Positions 52,848 through 64,000 of a DNA stretch of 64,000 nt are shown piece by piece; positions within the stretch are counted from its first letter, which is position 1, and each line of letters opens with the position of its first letter. Under the pieces are notes generated by a model that searched no databases, was not told the DNA's origin, and was given only the letters and a program-made list of their open reading frames with translations. Origin of the DNA: Eledone cirrhosa (lineage: Eukaryota). Made by a program: the position numbers and the translations under genes. The stretch covers positions 1,736,001 to 1,800,000 of the forward strand of contig OZ024761.1 in NCBI GenBank assembly GCA_964016885.1. Direction: 5' to 3'.

Positions 52848-53259
52848 GTATGTAAATCATTTTATCTCAGTTCTTGTGTGTGTTTATACTCTTAAGTCTG
52901 GAATAATCCCCCAACCCCCTTCTGATTAAATTTTGAGATTTTTTCCACCACCGCCATGACCTCCGCTCTTATTCCACCCCACCTCACTTATCAAATTTTA
53001 CTAATCTATCTCCAGTGAAATTTTATTTAAAGTGGTAGCATTCCTGCAATAATTAATTTTCTTTAGACATTAAAAAACATTATACATGACAAAAAACAAG
53101 TACATTACTAGACATCCCATACGTTATAAAACAAATAGGAAGTGTTAGGGTTTCAATATGTAAACTAAACGACTAATTCAGGTTTTTTTTTAAAATCATG
53201 GGAGTCAACACAAAAATTACCAATGTTCCAACCCCTCTGCTTATTCCAACTATTCCATT

Positions 53260-53579
53260 CTAAAATGGAAAAGGATGAATATTGACGTACATGGGAGTTG
53301 AACCCACATCTTTATTTATCAAATCACTGTGTTACCATTACACCAATACATTACCCATCCCTTCTCATTCAAATTACGAACTATATATGCATAGCAAATG
53401 TAAAAATAACAAAGCAAACGTTTGTTTTGAAGACAGCACTTGCTATGCATATAAAGCTCATAATTTGAATGGAAAGGGATGGATGATGTATTGGTGTAAA
53501 GGTAGCACAGTGATTTGGATAACTAAAGATGTGGGTTCAACTCCCATGTACGACAATACTCATCCTTTTCTATTTTAGA
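53260..53579. repeat. ~320-bp palindrome of two inverted tRNA-like arms (dispersed repeat; fragment at ~58170-58270)
   Basis: Arm: tggtgtaaaggtagcac...gtgggttcaactccc; centre aaacgttt at ~53416. Confidence 0.65.
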
Positions 53580-53781
53580 GGGTTTTAAACCCCACTATCT
53601 CAGGCTAACTTAATTTAGTCAAAATACGACAAAAGCGTCTATTTACTAATTTCAAACTCAGCTCGCCATCTTCAAATCAAACACTTCCTTTGTTAATTCA
53701 ATAATGATATTTTTAATGACAGACAATCCTATCCTAAATACCAAACTGCTGTTATAATGTTTGCTCTAACATTCCACACAG

Positions 53782-53912
53782 GATTGCTGCTGCCAAGAGA
53801 CGAAATTTCAACACTGAGATTGAGAAGATGTTCCCACTACCTCTATCAATACCTGTAGCCCCTACAGGACCTTCTCCTCTTCATATTCCTCTCCGGGCCA
53901 ACACAAGTAAAG
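53782..53912 (+). CDS. Juxtamembrane cytoplasmic exon E17 (basic, Pro-rich)
   Basis: cacag| ... |gtatgt; phase 2-1 fits neighbours; IAAAKRRNFNTEIEKMFPLPLSIPVAPTGPSPLHIPLRANTSK. Confidence 0.8.
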
Positions 53913-54802
53913 GTATGTACTGAACTTACCAATGTTTTCTGTTGGAAATACAGAATGGGATGCCGGTTGTGGTTAACATTAAGCATGCTATATGGAAGTG
54001 AAACATGGATGCTTTCATCCCAACAACAAAAGTGCTGTGGTGGCATCTACACTCACGTACTTCGACCCATTCAGAACATAAGCTGGCGATATCTGACTTT
54101 GAAAGAAATATATGCCAGCCTCCCATGCATATCTGTCGTACATAAAAGGAGAGTAAGATTTGCTGGCCACTGCCATCATGCCACCTATGAGGCTGTGTCC
54201 CCCACTAGTGCTTTGGAAACCACAAGCAGTCACTAATAACAGGGGGCACAAGCTCTCCTACCCCAATGTCATCTCCAGAGATTCTGGTATTGAAATCCAG
54301 GACTTGGCAACAGCAATGAGCGATAGACCAAACATGGAGATCAATTGTTTAGTCGATTTCGGCTGAGACTGCCGCATGATGAGTAATTTGCATGAGTTGT
54401 TTCCCTTGACACTGCATTATCTATTAAGGGTAGCTTTAAAGATTGAAATTTAGACCTTGTGACACTATATACTAGTAGCTGTGATGACTACAAGGTTGAT
54501 GGTGATGATGTTGTTGATGTTGGTGTTGGTGATGATGTTGTTGATGTTAGTGTTGATGATGATGGCAATGATGGTGACAATGATGATGACAATGATGGTG
54601 ATGATGATGATGATGATGAGGATGATGATGGTTATGTTGTTGATGATGATGACGATGGTGATGATGGTGTTGGTGATGATGATAGCAATGATGATGATGG
54701 CATTGATGGTGATGATGGTGATGGTGATGGTGTGTGTGTATATGTGAATAGCATAGTTCAATACATGTGTTTGTGTGTATATATGTTTGTGCTCTTCAAC
54801 AG

Positions 54803-55125
54803 ATGACAATTATGAAGAATTTATCTGTGGAAGTCAGTCAAGCTGGACCTATGATGAGATGGAACTTGAGAAGTTGACACAGCCATCAGCTCTACCACCA
54901 TACCGTGACAGAGATACAGTAGAGAAACAGCGATGTGTGTTGATGGCTAAGGATGACAAACATGAGTATGAGGTGATGGCTAACCCTGATAAACAGGAAT
55001 ATGAGGTGATGGCTAAGGAAAATAAACCAGAATCTGAAGTGATGGCTAAGGAAGGTAAACAAGAGTATGAGGTGATGGCTAAGGAAGATAAACAAGAATA
55101 TGGGGTGATGACCAATGAGTCTCAG
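54803..55125 (+). CDS. Cytoplasmic exon E18 with tandem YxxM repeats
   Basis: caacag| ... |gtaagt; phase 1-0; DDNYEEF...TYDEM...EYEVM...EYEVM...ESEVM...EYEVM...EYGVM. Confidence 0.85.
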
Positions 55126-55277
55126 GTAAGTTGTTATTGTTGTTGTTTAACCCTAGGTCAGCCCTGGTCAAGCCAGCCTATGATCAGAAATAAGTCACTA
55201 TTTCATTGATCTTCATCTACCTCCTTGTGTAGTGTCATTGTTAGATAAATATAAACACTTTAAAATAAACGGTTTCA

Positions 55278-56070
55278 TATCATAGAACCAGGGGTGGGGG
55301 TGTTGTGGGTTTGGTTTGGTGTCATAGAACCAGGGGTGGGGATGTTGTCTGGTTTGGTTTGGTGTCATAGAATCAGGGGTAGGGATGTTGTGTGGTGGTT
55401 TGGTGTCATAGAACCAGGGGTGGGATGTTGTATGGTTTGGTTTGGTGTCATAGAATCAGGGGTAGGGATGTTGTGTGGTGGTTTGGTGTCATAGAACCAG
55501 GGGTGGGATGTTGTATGGTTTGGTGTCATAGAACCAGGGGTGGGGGTGTCATGTGGTTTGGAGTCATAGAACCAGGGGTGGGGGTGTCATGTAATTTGAT
55601 GTCATAGAACCAGGGGAGGGGTGTGGTGTGGTGTCATAGAACCAGGGGTGGGGGTGTTGTGTAGTGGCTTGGTATCATAGAACCAGGGGTGGGGGTGTTG
55701 TGTGGTTTGGTGTCATAGAACCAGGGGCTGGGGTGGGGTGGTTTGGTATCATAGAACCAGGGGTGTTGTGTGGTGGTTTGGTATCATAGAACCAGGGGTG
55801 GGGGTGTTGTGTGGTTTGGTGTCATAGAACCAGGGGTGGGGGTGTGGTGTGGTTTGGTGTCATAGAAATAGAGGTGGGGGTGTTGTGTGGTTTGGTGTCA
55901 TAGAACCAGAGGTGGGGGTGTTGTGTGGTTTGGTTTAGTGTCATAGAATCAGGGGTGGGGGTGTTGTGTGGTTTGGTGTCATAGAACCAGGGGTGGGGGT
56001 GTTGTGTGGTTTGGTAACATAGAACCAGGGGTGGGGTGTCGTGTGGTTTGGTGTCATAGAACCAGGGTTG
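55278..56070. repeat. G-rich ~35-40-bp minisatellite (catagaaccaggggtgggggtgttgtgtggtttggtgt); related units at 48965-49095
   Basis: Direct reading. Confidence 0.9.
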
Positions 56071-56461
56071 GTTTCAGGTGGCTTGGTGTCCACCAGACTA
56101 CGAGAGAGATGAGATGAGAGATTTTTTGGGGAGATGAAAAAAACTAAACAGAGGTACCTGCAAGGATTTGAAAGCCAGCATCTTAAAAACCTTTCAAAAG
56201 ACGGCAAATGATGACCAGGGTCAGCTTAGAGTAATAGTTAAGGCACTTGACCAGCAAGCAAGAGGTAGAGGTTTCAATTCTTATCAGGTGCCACTCTCCA
56301 CTTTTTTCCATCTCTAGGATTACTTTACCTGACTTTTTAAACTAATATTTATAGTGATCAACTATTATTTTAATTGTTTATGTTAGGAGGACTACATTTC
56401 TCATTTTCTAAATGCTTCTTAAGTCAACCTAATGTTTATATGTTTATATATGTATTTTTAG

Positions 56462-56563
56462 TGTCTGTTAAACATACGACCAGTAGCAGCAGAAGACCTA
56501 TCTACCGTGGCTAACAACACAAATGGTTGCTATGAAAATGAAGTGACTTTAGAAGAAAACTAA
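56462..56563 (+). CDS. Last coding exon E19
   Basis: ttttag|, phase 0; CLLNIRPVAAEDLSTVANNTNGCYENEVTLEEN*; donor-like gtaagt at 56580. Confidence 0.7.
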   Translation, partial: CLLNIRPVAAEDLSTVANNTNGCYENEVTLEEN

Positions 56564-56889
56564 GCTACAATGTTATCTTGTAAGTAAACATTATCTGTGT
56601 GTGTTGACACTAGCTCTATATTTGTATGTGTGTGTATATAGCTGATTAAGAGGTGCCTACTGGGTGTATGCTTGAGTTTGTGCGCAAGGGAAGGCAGGTC
56701 TTCTGTATTACTGCATAACACCAAAGATCTTGATCCTATGTCATTGTTTATGAAAGTTGCATGTGTGCAAGGTCAGCTTTTATCACTTCATCCCAGGTCT
56801 CCCTGGGTCTTCCTACTCTGTAGCTTCCATCAATTTTGATCGCCCTGCACCTTTTTATACAGCCGTCATCCGTCATACGCATCATATAT

Positions 56890-57720
56890 ATATATAAGTA
56901 TAGCTTCTAACCAGAGTTATGTTTCTAGTACAGATTCAATGGTTGGGGTGTTTACTTCGGCAGTCTATGGTAACTTTAATATTCTGGTGGATGGAGTTAG
57001 CTATTTGCTGGATGCTTTCCATGGTGTTCTCTAATTCCTGACTGTTCTCCTGTGGGGATATTTTTACTACAATGTTTATTATGTCATCTAAGTAGTGGGA
57101 GTACATAGTCAGGGTTATAAAATTCTCATCTAATTCTTCCTTAAGTCTTCTGTCCCACCATACCATAAAGAGGTTAGCTTTGTCACCTGCAATTCTAATG
57201 CCAATGGCTTCCCCCTCCACTTGGGCATATGTTTTGCCATTAAACTTGAACATATGTTCCTTAAGGGTTATACTGGCCCCACCACATATGCAATCATTTT
57301 CTTTAATTCATCATGGTTTCTGGGGGTCCGAGTGGCTCTGGTCCACTCGCTCCATCTTTCTGTGTGGGTCTTCTTGGTCATTGAGGTAATGGTAGGTGGT
57401 CTGCCTCTCTCTGACTTTGTGGGGCAAAGTCTTCTGAGGTCGTGTGTGTCTAAATAATCCTTATTGTGTGTGAGTTTAAGTAGGAGTCCCATTCACTGGT
57501 ATCAATCCCCACGGAATTCCACATCGCTCTCGCTGATCATTTCTATGCATTTTTCCACAGCAAAATCAACGTCGATGGATGGATATAATGACACTACATC
57601 CATGCTACCTATTGTACAGCCTGTCAGGACCCCAAATAGATTCCATTTGCTGATTCTGCTGAGGAGGTCCTCCATGCTATCGCATACAATATCTGTTTCA
57701 ACACACGTTTTCAGAGAAGA
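56890..57720 (-). mobile_element. Penelope-like RT fragment related to the 9375 ORF
   Basis: SMDVVSLYPSI, FKFNGKTYAQVEGEAIG, YSHYLDD. Confidence 0.8.
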
Positions 57721-57812
57721 AATCTTGCAAAACAAATTCAAAAAAGAAATATATATATATATGTAATATAATCAACAACAAAGAACGCTTAGAGCATAGG
57801 TATATCTTTACT

Positions 57813-57858
57813 TGCTGACAGTGTTTCGTCCACACTATAAGTGGGACTCATCAGAGCA
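57813..57858 (-). ncRNA. Type I hammerhead ribozyme
   Basis: Minus strand: TGCT CTGATGA GTCCCAC-TTATA-GTGTGGAC GAAA CACTGTC AGCA; GUC triplet. Confidence 0.8.
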
Positions 57859-58448
57859 TAAAGAGTGATTACATATTACACAAGCAATAACAAAGCCAAG
57901 ACAGAAGAATATATATGGGGATGCCATAAGTTGGGAGGGGTTTAAAGAGTAGAGTAAATAGAGTGTAGAAAATAAAATTGGAGGATAAAGAATAGTGAAA
58001 AGTAAAAAAAATAAATAATAAACATTGAAGAAATAAAAAATAAACATTGAAAAATAATCATTGAAAGATAATCATTGAAAGATAAGAGGTGCTATCAGTC
58101 ACAGTTGGGCAGGGTATATGTAAGAATATTTTCGAAACAGCGAGTGGGTTTGAAATTATTAGAAATGTAAGCTATCGCCGTATTTTGACTAAAGAAATTA
58201 AAGAAAATATTTAGCCTGATAGTGGGGTTAAAAATCCTCGGAGAAATGGAAAAAGATGAGTATTGACGTATATATATATATATTTATAAGTAGTTCCACA
58301 ACAGTTAGTTCACCATGCCGGGAATAAATGTTTCGCCTTATGCAGATCTTCAGCTTGGTCTGGTGAACTAACTGTTGTGGAACTACTTCTACCAAACTCG
58401 TTCCATGGACTGAGATACTACTATAGATATAACCCTCCAGTGTTCTAC

Positions 58449-58479
<31 letters not shown>

Positions 58480-58482
<3 letters not shown>

Positions 58483-60420
58483 TCATCATCATCATCGTTT
58501 AACGTCCATCTTCCACGCTAGCATGGGTTAGACGGGAGTTGTGCCACTTGAGGCAAGGTTGGTCGGGTGACCGTGTCTCGCTCATATAGGACTATCTGGC
58601 AGGCTTTCTATGGCTGGATGCCCTTCCTAACACCAACCACATTTACAGTGTGGAACTGGGAACTTTTTACCGTGTTACCTACACGGCCACATTACAGCGT
58701 GGGCTGAGTTTTTTGGGTTTTTTTTTGTCGTGACACCTACACGATCTCGATCTCATTATCTCATTTATTTGGACTGGATGTTGTGGTACCAACTTTACAG
58801 AGAGAGGGTGGTGTTGGTGGGAGTGGGAGGATAAGGTAGGGGTAGTGGATTGGGGTGTATATTTGGTTAAGAGGTGCCTACTGACTGTAGGTTTTGCTTT
58901 GTACATAGGCAAGGCGGGTCTTCTGTATTACTGCGTAGCGCCAAAGATCTCGATCCAGTGACATTGTCTTAGATAAGTGCAAGTGTGTAAGGTCGGAATT
59001 TATCAGATCGTCCCAGGTTTTTCTGGGTCTACCTACTCCGTATCTACCATCAATTTTGATCGCCCTGCACTTTTTTATACAGCTGTCGTCTTTCATACGC
59101 ATCACATGGCCATACCAACGTAGTCTTCTCTCAAGTATACAGCATCTGATCCCTCTTTTTCCTAATTTCTCACTTAGTTCATTTATGCTTTGCCGTTCAC
59201 GTATATTACTATTACACATCCAACGGAGCATGCATGCTTTGTTCCTTTCCAGTCTGCGCAGGTCCTCTGCACATAATGCCCATGTCTCACTGCCATGTAG
59301 CATTGCTGTTCGTATACAAACATCATACAATCTGCCTTTCATTTTTAGAGAGAACCTTTTCTGGCCAACAGCAGTATAAGCTCTCTGAACTTTTTCCATC
59401 CCGTCTTGACTCTAGCTACTGTACTTTCAGAACACCCTCCACCACTGCTGATTTCGTCACCCAGGTAACGGAAAGTGTCTACAATTTCTATAGAACCATC
59501 TGGGCAATAGAAGGAGCTACTATCCTGTGGACATTTGCTACTTATTGCACCTGAGCATTGGCCACATATAAAGTCTACCTGTGATCCCACTACATCTTTT
59601 ATGTACCCATACTTTGCATTTGAGACATAAAATGGAATTTCTGCCTACTCCTTTCCTACACACTGAGCATGGCCATTTCCATGAGGGCACCTGTGCCCCA
59701 TTTTCCTTTCTACAAACTAGAACTTTAGTCTTAGACAAGTTAACTTTAAGGCCTTTTGATTCTAGGCCATATTTCCATGTTTGGAATTTCTTCTCTAGTT
59801 CAGCCATTGATTCAGCTATGAGCATTAGATCATCTGCATATAGGAGTTCCCATGGGCAGCCGGTCTTGAACACCTCTGTTATAGCCTGAAGGGCAATAAT
59901 AAATAGGAGGGGGCTAAGGACTGAGCCTTGATGAACGCCAACTTTTACACTAAATTCTTCACAATATTCATTGTTAATTCTAACCTTACTGACTGTTTCA
60001 TTATATATAGCTTGTATAGCTCTCACAAGCCATTCATCTACACCTAGTTTTCTATGAAGCCACCAGATAATGGAGCGGGGGACTCTGTCAAAAGCTTTCT
60101 CCAGGTCTACAAAAGCTAAGTAGAGGGGTTTACTTTTAGCTAGGTACTTCTCTTGTAGTTGTCGTACAAGGAAATGAGCATCTGTGGTACTTTTACCTGG
60201 CACAAACCCAAACTGCATTTCATCTAGATCAATTCGCTCTCTGATTAGTTGCGCTATAACTCTTTCTGTGACCTTCATGATCTGGTCAACTAACTTAATG
60301 CCTCTATAGTTTCCCCTATCTAGAGCATCCCCTTTACTCTTGTAGCAGTTAATGATGATGCTGCTACGCCAGTCTTTCAGTATGACCCCATTCTGTATTA
60401 CTTGGTTAACTATATTCATA
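58480..60420 (-). mobile_element. 5'-truncated RTE LINE (second subfamily)
   Basis: ORFs 59538-60419 (YADD) and 58878-59399; (CAT)n tail. Confidence 0.9.
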
Positions 60421-62039
60421 TATACATATATATATATGAATATACACTAGAAACAATTGTAAGTCATTAAATAGCTTTTAATAAAAGTTAGTTAGTTTCC
60501 TTCAAATTCTTTGAATAAATATGCTCTGCTTATTTCCTAAATGCATCACTAACTTTTTCCAAGTTCTAATCAAACTCCTCTCTTAACGCTTGTTTTGCAT
60601 GAAATAAACATTGAACAATCACTTCTTTCTGTGGTTTGTAATTACAACATATATGTCTGTCTCTATTCTCCTTTGAGATTTGATTATATACTTGCATTTC
60701 ATATATATATATAGTTATGTTGGTCCCACAACATCCAGGCCGAAACAAATGAGATCGTGTAGGTGTCACGACAAAAAAACACACAGTCCACGCTGTAAAT
60801 GTGGCCGTGTAGGCAACACGGTAAAAACCTCCCAGCCCCACACTGTAAATGTGGTTGGTGTTAGGAAGGGCATCCAACTGTAGAAAACCTGCCAGACAGT
60901 CCTATGCGAGCAAGACAACCACTCTTGCCTCAAGTGGGAAAACCCCCGTCCAAACCCATGCAAGCGTGGAACACGGACGCTAAACCTGATGATGATGATG
61001 ATGATGATATATCTGTATCAGTGAGCTGCTCAACATTACCAAACTTAGACCAATTACATCAATTGTCAAGTCAAGAGTACTCAAACTATACGGTCATATA
61101 AAAAGAACTTGTGGTGTAAGTAGGTTATGCCTAGAAGGTTGGCTGGTAAGAGAAGCAGAGGCCAGCAGCCAAAACGATGGCTTGATAATGTCAACTTGTG
61201 GACTGAACTTGATCTTTGCTCTTTAAACTCTGCTGCTGGTAATCGAACTTTGTGTGCAACTGGTGGAGTTTAGCGTCACAAGAATATATATATATATATA
61301 TATATACATATATAAACACCCACAATACATACATCATATATATACATTGTAAATTGTTTTAATATATATATATGAAGAAGCAATGTAAGAGATTGCTTTT
61401 CTGATTGTTGTACTTAATTGACCCTCATAACCTAAAGGGAAATTTGGTTACTATTTCTAACAAATGGGTTGACCACAAATCGAGATACAGTTGTTCAGAA
61501 CTGATCAGTCCATGATATTCATGCCGTGACTATCTTGTCTTTATGTTCCTATCTAAGAATACATCGTTTGTGTCCTTCGTGGTATTAAGACATGTGGAAA
61601 GAGAGAGAGATTTGACTGCTATTTCTTGAAGGTACAAAGACTACCACGTCTGTTATTGGTATTTATTACTACCAATAATCTGAACAATGGTTTAAGTTCC
61701 AGTGGATGAGTGGAAGCAGGGGAAAAATTTAAACGACTACACCGTTAACATAATTAGTATTACACCGGTTTTTCCTCAATCCTAAACTTGTTGACATTTG
61801 TCCATAACAGGTAATGAATTTTTTAGACCCCGTCTGTGTTAGAGTATATATACTCACAATACATACATAAATTAATGGTTTCTGTGTAAAATTATATTAA
61901 CAACGTTTTTTTTTTATCTTTGTTACATTTTTACGGCGAACTATATTGCGTGTGTAGTATACATGCATTGAATTTAATATATACACGTAGTTTCGGGCAC
62001 AAATATTCATTACTTTTACATACACATACGTTATATAAT

Positions 62040-62430
62040 AATAATAATGAAATTATTGTGTAAAGTGCTCAGGTGCACTACAACTCGTCAATATAGTACA
62101 TAGAATAATACACAAATGCCAGGGAAGTACATGTTTGTATGTGTTAGCTGTAGTGTTGGCGGATCTCGGGAAGCATGGAGGCCTTAAAGGATGCAGTGTC
62201 TTGGCAGCTAACAACTGACGCAGGCAGTTTGTTCCATGAGTGTCTTAAAGGATGCAGTGTCTCGACAGCTAACAACTGATGCAGGTAGTTTGTTCCATGC
62301 TTCAGCAACTCTGAGCGTGAAAAAATGTTTCCGAAAGTCATGGGAACTGTGCTGTTTTCTTACTTTGTGGGCATGTCCACGTGTGTTAGACACATGGAAA
62401 TCGAAAAGGTACTCAGGGTTGGAGCACTTG
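62040..62430 (-). mobile_element. CR1-like LINE 3' end
   Basis: SNTRGHAHKVRK..RKHFFTLRVAEAWNKLP; (AAT)n tail. Confidence 0.75.
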
Positions 62431-62969
62431 ATGCTGTTACAAAGTCGGTCTTGTGTTGGGTTTTATTACTGAATTAAAGTAGCTGTAGTGTATGAATAAA
62501 AGTAAGGTCAAAGACACTGTTGCAGTATATATATTAACTTTATTGGCATATTAGAATTGTTTCAATATCGATAGCGCAGGGTACAATCATTATATATATA
62601 TATATATATCACAGAAAAAAGAGAATCAGTGTTGCGACGAAAGGAATATATTGGACATATTACATATATATTACAATTGTTTCTTTGTGATATAGATACT
62701 CTGCTCTATGAGGGCATCGAGTGCTCATACGGCCTACTGCATACGGACGCTTTAACCATCCAACACTAATTATATATAAGTATCGGTAGAGAGTCGGACG
62801 CCATGCTTTGCAGCAAAGAGTTACGGCCCTTTATGACCTGAGTTCAAATCCCGCCGAGGTTAACTTTGCCTTTCATCCTTACGGGGCCTATAAAATAAAG
62901 TACCAGTAATACCCTGAGATAATTGCTGGTCTTGTGCCAAAAGTAGAACAATTATATATATATATATAA

Positions 62970-64000
62970 ATGTGTCCGGACTGATGCCGGTGTACTTAGT
63001 GTCACGAATGATCAGAAAAAAGAGGCCTGGAAATGTCATTACGAGAGACTGATGAATGTGGAGAACAAATGGGAGAGAGAGAAATTACCCTTGGTAGATC
63101 CGACAGAGGGACCAGCTATTGAGATTAACGAATATAGGGTCCAAGAGGCGATTAGGGAAATGAAAAATGGTAAGGCTGCCGGACCATCGGGAATAGCTGC
63201 TGAGATGCTGAAGGCATCAGGGGACGTAGGCACTAAACTGGTTGCACGCATCATCAATCAGGCTATATATGGTGGTGTCATACCCAAAGACTGGTGCAGC
63301 AGTATTCTCATAAATTGCTACAAAGGTAAAGGGGATGCTCTGGAGAGGAGCAATTATAGGGGTATAAAATTGATAGATCAGGTTATGAAAGTGGCAGAAA
63401 GGATAGCACAACTAATTAGAGAAAGGGTCAAACTAGATGAGATGCAGTTTGGTTTTGTGCCTGTACAACAGATGCCCTCTTGGTGAGACAATTGCAAGAG
63501 AGGTTCTTAGAGAAGAATAAGCCACTATACTTAGCCTTTGTTGACCTAGAGAAGGCCTTTGATAGGGTACCCTGATCTGTCATCTGGTGGTCCCTAAGGA
63601 AGCTAGGTGTTGAGGAATGGCTTGTGAGGACAGTGCAAACTTTGTACAGAGGTACTCTCAGTAAAGTCAGGGTAGGAATTCCAGATACAAGTAGGAGTAC
63701 ATCAGGGTTCGGTCCTCAGCCCGCTCTTGTTCATCATAGTCCTCCAAGCCATAACAGAGGAGTTTAAGACTGGCTGTCCATGGGAACTTCTCTATGCTGA
63801 CGATCTGGTTCTTATAGCAGAATCAGTAGAGGAGCTAGAGAATAAATTCTGGCTATGGAAACAGCAGTTGGAAGCAAGAGGACTGAGAGTGAATCTAGCT
63901 AAGACAAAAGTGTTGATGAGTAGAAAAGAGGACAAAACCCTGATTCTGTCAGGGAAATGGCCATGTTCGATATGCAAAAAAGGAACTGGCATAAATTCTA
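62970..64000 (+). mobile_element. Decayed RTE LINE RT fragment running off the window
   Basis: GKAAGPSGIAAEMLK, NYRGIKL, QFGF, YADD with frameshifts. Confidence 0.88.

Noticed and set aside
54459-54806. Asp-rich ORF upstream of E18
   Set aside because: (GAT/GGT)n microsatellite inside the intron; the acceptor at 54802 fits the phase without it
2158-56563. Assigning the symbol MEGF10, drpr or PEAR1
   Set aside because: N-terminus (EMI domain) is outside the window, C6-C7 spacing differs and there is no NPxY; orthology needs a phylogeny
62540-62700. Two GAAACAATT half-hammerheads on the minus strand
   Set aside because: No matching CUGANGA found

Overview
Eukaryotic, AT-rich, repeat-dense DNA. 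The SINE/LINE families and microsatellite load suggest a mollusc, probably an octopus (inference). One + strand gene spans the window; its 5' end lies upstream. I assembled 19 coding exons (2158-56563, 2750 nt, about 915 aa) that splice in one open frame with GT-AG introns. Fifteen symmetric phase-1 exons each encode one 8-Cys EGF-like module (13 are exactly 138 bp). They are followed by a transmembrane exon and a cytoplasmic tail with a 33-bp tandem array of YxxM motifs, giving a MEGF10/PEAR1/Draper/SCARF-like receptor. The introns hold an intact 1039-aa RTE LINE preceded by 591-bp tandem monomers and nested in a Helitron-like element, many RTE fragments, four Penelope-like elements, a decayed Gypsy LTR element inside a 31-bp satellite, SINEs, MITEs, a 1.65-kb palindrome and intron-specific minisatellites. 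There are also nine hammerhead-ribozyme motifs (six with intact cores), some with unusually long stems. All calls were read by eye; no searches or folding programs were run.
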